Assembly: GCA_965644315.1 (NCBI GenBank)
Contig: CBFFRQ010000017.1
Span: forward strand, 124,001 to 188,000
Source: Caecitellus pseudoparvulus
Lineage: Eukaryota > Protista > Bigyra: Bicosoecida
DNA: 64,000 nucleotides
Direction: 5' to 3'
In this document: positions 57,087-64,000 of the stretch, in pieces
Layout of the letters: each line of letters starts with the position of its first letter
How positions within the stretch are numbered: position 1 is the first letter of the stretch
Made by a program: the position numbers and the translations under genes
The notes under the pieces: model-generated
What the model was told of the DNA's origin: nothing
Databases searched by the model: none
Seen by the model: the letters and a program-made list of their open reading frames with translations, nothing else

Positions 57087-58591
57087 TCACTTGACTGTCA
57101 TGGCCAGGGAAGTCAGCATTGCCTTGTCCGTGCTTCGAAGCGAGTCCCCATGCGCCGCCATCATGTCTGCGACGACCTTGCGTCTGTACCTTGCTTGGAC
57201 CTGGGTCCAGGCCGCAGCCTCGGCTGCCAGCTCCTTGCGCTCTCGGTACGGCTGGAGTTTCAGCACTTGCTTTCGCTGTGCTTGTGCTGCAGCCTGGGCT
57301 TTGAGCTGACGAAAGTGGGCGGCTCGTGCGTTGGCCTTTTGTCGCTGCGCTTCGTCTAATTCTGCTTGCTTCGCTGCGGCAGTTGCAGCCATGCTGAGGC
57401 TCAGTTGGTGGTCCTGGGCGGCCTGCTCTTGCCGGGCGCGCTGCTGTCGCTGAATGATGGCTTGGTTGGATGCCTTGGCTTCCTGCAAGGCTGCCTCACG
57501 ACGCTTGGCCTTGTCTTTGCGCCGTGCGCGGGCTTGTAGCTCGGCCTGCTCTTGAAACAGCCGGTCTTGCAAGTCGTCCGCGAGTGTGCTGCGCGCCCGC
57601 CGCTTGTTGAAAGCCTCTACTTCCTTGAAGAATGCAGCGTCGGCCTGCTTCTTTGCCTGCACCCGTGCTTCTGCTGCACGTTCTTCTGCCATGGCCTTCT
57701 CAAGTGCCTGTGCCGCGAGGGCTGCGTCAAGGGCTGCCTCCGCCTCCACTGCTCGCTGCTTCTCCTCCCGCACGCGGTCGTTGAAGGAAGCGACAGCTGC
57801 CGCGTGGTCCAGTTGCTCCTGCTTCTGCTTGCGGCGTTTTTCAGCCTCCTCAGCAACCGCACGCACAGCCGCTCGTCGTTGTGCCTGTTCGAACTGGTAC
57901 TTCGCCTCTTCCTCAGCTTCCCTCGCCTCAGCACGCACAGCAAGCTGCTCTAGCAGCGCCCGCTTCGTGTCCAGGGCAGCTTGCTTCCGCCGGGCTTGCT
58001 TTTCTGACTCGGCGATTTCAGCCAGGGCAGCTCGCTGTGCGGTTTCAGCGTCCAGCATTGCTTCGTGTTGCCGCTCGTCCGCTGCCCGGCGCTGCTTGTC
58101 CTCAACCTGTCGCTGCCATGCAGCCATGGCCTCAGCACGCCCCCTCACTGACTGGAGAGTCTTGGCCAGGTCGCTCGTTGCAACTTGCGCTTCTGGGATG
58201 GGTTGGGAGTGGAAGCCGTGCAGCAGGGGCAGGGCCAAGCAAGCTGGCCTGCTGAGTGCTGCGTACCAAGTTTCCTCTCGAGGGCATCTTGCATCTCCCC
58301 GCCTGTTTTTCCTGATTTGGCAGCCGCCTTCAGCTTCTTTGCATCAAAATCACGCATCCAATGCACCTTTGCTGCTGCTGCATGCGCCCGCTCGGCCGTG
58401 CTTCGTCGGGAGGCGTTGGCTGAACCCTTTGATGCCTGCGGCGAGTCAAGTCAACGCGCGTGCGCAGTGTGACGCAGGGCGCCATGGCCGAGGGCACGAC
58501 GTACAATGTCCCGCATGCGCTGGAGCTCCGAGGCCTTGATGAGGCTCTGCCCTGCTCTGGGCAGGCGCTTGGCGCCACGCTGAGCGGGCAT
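57087..58591 (-). CDS. Trichohyalin-plectin homology (TPH) ciliary coiled-coil protein, CFAP45-like (3 exons)
   Basis: Exons MPAQRGAKR...SELQRMRDI | ...VHWMRDFDAKKLK... | EAQVATSDLAK...WQRQVEDKQRR...AMLDAETAQRAALA. Charged R/E/Q/A single-helix composition. Confidence 0.6.
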
Positions 58592-58717
58592 CACAGCCAG
58601 GCGCGCTGCGGAAATTGCGTTGACTTGCTGTGCCCGCCACCTGGCACGAAGCACTTTGACTGGCGCTCTCGTGCAAGCCTGCAGGGGGTGCTGGCATTGC
58701 ATTGCCTCGGCGGGAAT

Positions 58718-60813
58718 CTAGCGGCGCCTGCCGCCCTTTTTGTTTTTGGCCCTGCGCTTGACGGCAACTTTCGGGGCTGCTGCGGTGCTGCCCTTCTTGC
58801 TCTTGCCCTCTGCAGCTGGCTCGCCACCAGCAGCCTTCTTCGCCTCGGCAATGGCACGGGCATCCAGAGCTGCGGCGACTTTCTCAGTGTCCACCCCGAC
58901 GGTGCCTTGCGAAGACCCTGTGTTCTTGTAGCCTGCATGCTGCACGGCCGCCTTGGCGCTGCGTTTGCGGTTGCCGAAGCGATCCCGGCTGCGCAGACGG
59001 TACGGCAGCCAGCGCTCCGGGTCGGGCTTGGGCAGGGGGATGCCTGCCTTGAACGACGGCTTTTCCCGCAAGAAGGCAAGGTAGGCCTCTCGGCGCCGAG
59101 CCCGACGCCGCAGCCTGGCGATCTTGCGCTTGGCAGCCCGCTCCGCCGCAGGCAACTGCACCTCGCTGCCGGACGCCTGCGGCAAGCTCGGAGCCTGCGC
59201 CACAGGGGCGTCTCCTGCCCCCGCCGCCGCAGCAGCTGGAGGGGGTTGGGCTGTGGCAGGGGCGCGCGCTGCAGGGTGGGGCGCCGCACTGACCCACGGC
59301 AGCTTGCTCTGCACGAGGCTGTGCACATCCCCCGTCCAGGCGCCAGGCAAGGCGGCAGAGGGAGGGGGGCCTGCCTTGGCCGACGCCATGCGTTGCAGGG
59401 CGTCTGCAGCAGGGCTGGCGTCCGCCTTGGCCAGGAGGGGCTCTGCTGCCGCTGCGTGCCCTGCAGCCACCAGCACGGCGCTGGCCGCGACGAGGGCGGG
59501 GTTGACGCCACTGCAGGCTTCCAGGACGCAGCTGGCGATGCCAGCGGGGTCCTGGCCAGCCTGCACCGCAGCTCGTGCGAAGGCTGCAGCCGTCGTGGCG
59601 AGAGCCGCCTCCTTGGACAGCGGGAGCGCCTGGCGCAACGACGCAGCCCTGGCCGCGGGGTCCTCCAGTGTGGCGGCGCGGGCGACAAAGCCGGCTGCAG
59701 TGCGGGGCGCGTGGCCCTCATCGGCGATGGCGCGAATGGCGTCAGCCATGGGCGAGGCGTCGCCCTGGGGCAGGGCGGCCAGGGCGTCCGCATGCTTCTT
59801 CATGTGGGCCAGGAGGGCTGCCTGGTTGCGGCGCAGGGCGGCCACTTGGCTCGGCTGCAGCTTGGCCGTGCTGGCGGCGGCAAGGGTGCTGTTTGTGCGT
59901 TTGAACGCCTCGAACACCTCCCGGGAGCTGCGCAGGACTGAGGTGTTGTTGGTGGCCAGCACCCCCGCCTGTCCTGTGGCGGGCATGGCAGCGTACGTTT
60001 CGGCCGCGTCAGCGGTGAAGCCGAGGCGGTGCAGGGCAACGGCTGCCTGCATGCGCAGTGGGCGCGTCTCTTCGTCAATGTCCGCGGCGGAGAGGCCTTC
60101 GGCGGCAAGGCTTTGCTTGGCTGCGGCGTTTGTGGCTGAGAGCTGGCCCAGCGCGCCCAGTGTGTCCCCGCGCAGCAAGGAGCCTGTGGCGAGGTTGAAG
60201 GCCACCTCAGTCTCAGTCTTGAGGGCGGGCGTGATGGCGGGGTCTGTGTCCAGGCCGCCAGCCACCAGTGCAGCGGTCAGGTTCACTGCAGCCTCCACTT
60301 CCTCCTCGCCTGTGGAGGCCAGTTTTTCGTAGGCGGCCGCAGCTTCAGGGAACAGCCCCCGGCGGTACTGGGTCTGTGCAGACAGCCAAGCCCACGCTGG
60401 GCTGGAATCCCCGCTTGCTGTCACTGCCTGCGCCACCGCCTCCAAGTTGCCGGCGCGGTAGTTGGCGTAGGCGCCTTCCAGAGCCAGAGTAGCGGGGTGC
60501 GCAGTGGCCAGCTGCACGACATCGGCATACTGCGAAGCAGGGGGCAGGCCGCTGTGCAGTGTGGCGGTGTATCGAGTGGGCATGCCAGCGGACTGACTTT
60601 GCCGAGCTTCACCATGCGGGTGGCGGCGAACTTGAGCAAGTCCACATCATCACAGCCAGCGTCGATGCCTGGGCGAAACGCGGGGGTATTCATGCAGGCG
60701 TGGCGTGGCCTTGGCGGCGGCTTGCTGCACGCACTGGCTTTTGCAGCAGCTACAGCTCCTTCGACATCTCCTGCTTCATCCAGCTTGTGCAGGGAGGCAA
60801 AGTCGACTGCCAT
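58718..60813 (-). CDS. SRP72: Signal recognition particle subunit SRP72
   Basis: TPR-like N-terminus (LEGAYANYR, LSAQTQYRRG, EVAFNLA) and diagnostic RNA-binding motif PKPDPERWLPYRLRS, then GSSQG. Two 5' introns. Confidence 0.92.
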
Positions 60814-61177
60814 GCTTGGCTTTGAGCGGGGCAGTGCACGTGGCTGGATGCGGGGGATGCTGGGAGTTGCGTCAAGTAACAGGGGCGACCACCTGACGTC
60901 AGGCAGTGTTACTTTGCTTTATCGGTGGGTCTTGTTGGTCCGGCGCCGCTGTGCCGGGTGACTGCAGTGCGGGGGGGGGGAGAGAGGGGGGGTGCCTGCT
61001 GTGCTGGCGGAAATAGGCCAGGCAGCCTGAGGGAAGGCAGCACAGTGCCAGTGCTCTGACAAACCACCCACACCTCGCGCGCCAGTGCATGCCGCCCAGG
61101 GGCAGCTGCACACAGTGTCATTGCCGTGTTTGCACCACTGCAGTAGGTGTTGGGGCACAGGCGCTGGCGGGGCGGCC
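60814..61177. promoter_or_regulatory. Putative bidirectional promoter between head-to-head SRP72 and TAF1
   Basis: Only 364 bp separate the divergent ATGs. The gap contains a palindromic TGACGTCA (about 60894-60901) and G-runs (60971-60992). Confidence 0.4.
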
Positions 61178-64000
61178 ATGGCAGATGCCAGCATGTGTGT
61201 GTCTCGGCAGGTGGAGCTGCAGGCGTGGGAGGACGCCGTGCGGTGGGGAGGAGTGCCTGCTCAAGGGCCGTCCTGGCTAGACAGGCAGCCCACTGGTGGT
61301 ACCAAGCGGCCTGTGCCAGGTGCAGCGCTTGGGGCCCATGCCGCTGGTGCTGGCTCCGCTGGCCCAGCCAGCGACAGCACCCCGCCTTCGCAGTCGAGTG
61401 CCAAGCGGCCTCGGCAGTTGGATGACGCTGTGCTGGAAGACCTGGCACCGGCACGACCCTTGCTACCCCGCACCCGCCAAGTGATGCCTGCAGCCCCCGC
61501 CATTGGCTCGAACGAAGCCTTGCTGCGGGATGCGTGGGTTGCCGAAGCGGACGCTGAAGCCGAGGGCGACGTGCCGCCACCCCTGCCCTGTGTGGCCATT
61601 CAACGAGGCCCCACACTGCTCTCTCTGCAGCACCAGGCGTCCATGGTGCCGCGGCTGGCGGCTGGCATGTGGGCTGCTCACGCCTACCGCGCAGCATTGA
61701 AGGGTGGCATGCCGTTTGTGCACGCCACCAGTGCTGCTGCTGCAGGAGCCGCAGGTGCTGCGCTGGCGACAGTAGCTTCAGACGTATCCATCATGTCCAT
61801 CAGCCACACGAAGACCGCTGTGGAACTGCTGCCTGAGTTCTTCCCAGTGCACCTGCCTGGCCCAGCCGTGTACAGGCAGTCCCCCATCAGCCCTCTATCA
61901 CGCCCGTCTCAGCACGCAGGCAGCGGTGCCCTGCAGCGAGTGGTACTGGCAGATGGTTCCCCAGCCCCCGTCGTGCTGCAAGGGCTTCCGAAAGGCGCGC
62001 CTTCAGCGCAGCCAGCCAAGGGCGCTGCTGCCAAGGCCGAAGCAGCCCCACCCGGCGCCATGCCACACTCGCGCATGTTCGTAGTGGCAGGGGGCCTGGC
62101 AGAGAAGGGCATGGAGGCCATGAGCACGAAGACGGCAGAGTTCGTGCGGTCGCGACTGGCTGCGCGCGGCGGCAGCGGCAGCGGTGCCGCGACCCGAGCT
62201 GCCACGACTCCCTCTGCCACCATTAGCACGGTGCGGTTTGACACGGTCGAGTCCCTGTCTGCACGCTGGGGCGACTTGGTGCTGCTGGAGTACGTGGAAG
62301 AGCTGCCGCTGATGCTGTCTCGGCCAGGCATGTCCTCGCGCATCGTGACGCACTGGCTGCCCACGGACAGCATGCGGCGGGCGCTGAAGCGGCGGCAGGC
62401 GGCAGGGCACAAGCCCCTGCTCACGCCCAGCGACTGGCAGGATGGCCCCGAGGAGCTGTCTGATGACGAGTCGGGCGACGAGGAGGTGCCGGGCAAGCAC
62501 ACGCCGCCTGACGTGGAAGAGGGCACTCTGAACACCCTTGCCTCCAAGGAGCAGTACCCGCTGCTGGGGTCCATTGAGCAGGGCAAGTGGACTACTACGA
62601 TCGTGAACAACCTCATGATGGCGCCCATCTGGCAGCACGACGCTGCTTGCCGGGGGCAGGACTTCCTGCTGATCATGGCGCCCGCTGCGGAGGGGGAGGG
62701 GGAGTGGGTGCCGGTGCTGCGGCAGCTGCCGCCCACCTTCACCGTGGGCCAGATCGAGCCGCGCATGGAAGTGCCGGAGATGGCCTCTGCAGAGTCTTCT
62801 GAGTTCCTGAAGCAGTGGGCTTGCCTCGTCTTTGTGCGCCTGGCCAGCACCGTGCAGAACGGGTATGTCCCCGCCAGCACCCTCCGCGCTGTGTTCGGTG
62901 AGGAGCTGGCGCACCCGTGCATGATGAAGCACTTGATTGAAACGGTGGCCATGCACGATGGGCGCACTGGCGCGTGGCGCCTGGTACCCAACGGCCCAGA
63001 CGAGGACGCCCTCCGCAACAGCCACCTGCTGCAACACCCTGAGGAGGTGTGCTTGTGGCACGCCTTCCGCGCAGGCATGTGGCAGCTGCGCCGCCGTGGC
63101 ATGCGGCTGAACACGGCAGCTGTGGTGAACAGCCTGGACAAGGTGTGGAACCACCTGCGAGGGCTGGCGACTGCGGCGCAGGATTCGGAGGTCATCAGCC
63201 AGCGCGCGACGCTGTCGGCGCTCATGGCTGGCGCGACGACCGTGCGCCACATTCTGGACGTCGCGCCCTGGTCGCTGTCCGGCAACTACGTGAACGTGCA
63301 CTCCAAGGGCGGGACGGGGGAGCTGACGCTGGCAGGCCCGGGCGGCAACTTGCTGGGGGACCCCTCCGGTCGGGGGGAGGGCTTCTCATTTGTGAAGGAG
63401 GCCGTGTACAAGCAGCGCACGCAGAAGGCACGCAGCCGGATTGGCGGGCGGGAGGGCACCAAGTACGACTTGCGCAGCCTGTCGCAGGCTGAGCTGGCCA
63501 GCAAGCTGCTGGAGGAGGGGTACACGGAGGAAGAGATTGCCTCGGCACGGCGGTGGGACCGCGTGAAGATGCTGAAGCGAGCCCACAACGAACGGGAGGC
63601 GCAGGAGCTGTCCCGCAAGAAGCTCTCAGCGCCCATCCGTGAGTACATGTACTCGACCAAGGAGACGGTGTCTGCCGAGGACAAGCGGCGCCGGCGCAAG
63701 GAGCAGGAGTGTGCCATCCAGGCCAAGCAGCGGGCGGTGCTGTCCTCCGCCACGCCGCCCCCGCTGGACTCTGACACTGACAGCAGCGACGACAGCGACG
63801 GCAGTGACGACAGCCTCGGCGACGCTCTGCTGGGCGGCGCCTCTCGTCGACGACGAGGGCGGGATGCCGACGAGCAGCACGAGCTGCATGCTTGGAAGGC
63901 TGCCGAGGGACAGGGCCAGGCCGGTGACACAGGCAGCGCCGCGGAGCTGCTGAACCCCGTGCAGCGCGCTCTGCCGCCCGCCCTGCGCAGCCCGCCCCTG
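61178..64000 (+). CDS. TAF1: TFIID subunit TAF1 (DUF3591 core); runs off the window end
   Basis: Open frame from ATG 61178, absent from the ORF track because no stop lies in the window. Motifs QAWEDAVRW, HTKTAVELLPEFFPVHL, LLEYVEELPLMLSRPGMSSRI, NNLMMAPIWQH, FTVGQIEP, PEEVC, APWSLSGNY, GDPSGRGEGFSF, GTKYDLRSLS. Confidence 0.88.
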   Translation, partial: MADASMCVSRQVELQAWEDAVRWGGVPAQGPSWLDRQPTGGTKRPVPGAALGAHAAGAGSAGPASDSTPPSQSSAKRPRQLDDAVLEDLAPARPLLPRTRQVMPAAPAIGSNEALLRDAWVAEADAEAEGDVPPPLPCVAIQRGPTLLSLQHQASMVPRLAAGMWAAHAYRAALKGGMPFVHATSAAAAGAAGAALATVASDVSIMSISHTKTAVELLPEFFPVHLPGPAVYRQSPISPLSRPSQHAGSGALQRVVLADGSPAPVVLQGLPKGAPSAQPAKGAAAKAEAAPPGAMPHSRMFVVAGGLAEKGMEAMSTKTAEFVRSRLAARGGSGSGAATRAATTPSATISTVRFDTVESLSARWGDLVLLEYVEELPLMLSRPGMSSRIVTHWLPTDSMRRALKRRQAAGHKPLLTPSDWQDGPEELSDDESGDEEVPGKHTPPDVEEGTLNTLASKEQYPLLGSIEQGKWTTTIVNNLMMAPIWQHDAACRGQDFLLIMAPAAEGEGEWVPVLRQLPPTFTVGQIEPRMEVPEMASAESSEFLKQWACLVFVRLASTVQNGYVPASTLRAVFGEELAHPCMMKHLIETVAMHDGRTGAWRLVPNGPDEDALRNSHLLQHPEEVCLWHAFRAGMWQLRRRGMRLNTAAVVNSLDKVWNHLRGLATAAQDSEVISQRATLSALMAGATTVRHILDVAPWSLSGNYVNVHSKGGTGELTLAGPGGNLLGDPSGRGEGFSFVKEAVYKQRTQKARSRIGGREGTKYDLRSLSQAELASKLLEEGYTEEEIASARRWDRVKMLKRAHNEREAQELSRKKLSAPIREYMYSTKETVSAEDKRRRRKEQECAIQAKQRAVLSSATPPPLDSDTDSSDDSDGSDDSLGDALLGGASRRRRGRDADEQHELHAWKAAEGQGQAGDTGSAAELLNPVQRALPPALRSPPL

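Noticed and set aside
7677-60740. Introner elements or non-canonical splice sites
   Set aside because: The introns I inspected are GT-AG and share no extended sequence similarity or terminal repeats.
3-64000. Alternative genetic code or stop-codon readthrough
   Set aside because: All in-frame stops within conserved genes are explained by introns, and TGA and TAG both act as normal terminators.

Overview
Gene-dense, GC-rich eukaryotic genomic window from a flagellated protist, probably a heterotrophic stramenopile (lineage is inference only). It holds about 22 protein-coding genes with short canonical GT-AG introns (mostly 60-110 nt, concentrated at 5' ends) and very short intergenic gaps. 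In order: dynein-2 heavy chain (5'-truncated), FAX/metaxin-like GST protein, DNA pol alpha B subunit, Vps41-like, a coiled-coil protein with 19+ near-identical 138/147-bp coding repeats, FATP acyl-CoA synthetase, kinesin-13, glycerol-3-P dehydrogenase, UDP-glucose dehydrogenase, a small unknown gene, ribosomal P1, homogentisate dioxygenase, a Syx8/SYP5-like Qc-SNARE, mitochondrial bS6, an FN3 + coiled-coil protein, NDUFA4/B12D-like, a UBE2G-type E2, an intronless 4705-aa VPS13-family protein, a GRAB-type golgin, a CFAP45-like protein, SRP72 and TAF1 (3'-truncated). No rRNA, tRNA, CRISPR or transposon could be supported. The two most notable observations are (1) the VPS13-like giant, which appears to carry internal RGS-like and PH-like domains, and (2) a recurrent AATG(C/T)A hexamer just downstream of many stop codons, a candidate non-canonical polyadenylation signal. 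All assignments come from motif recognition by eye; no database searches were run.
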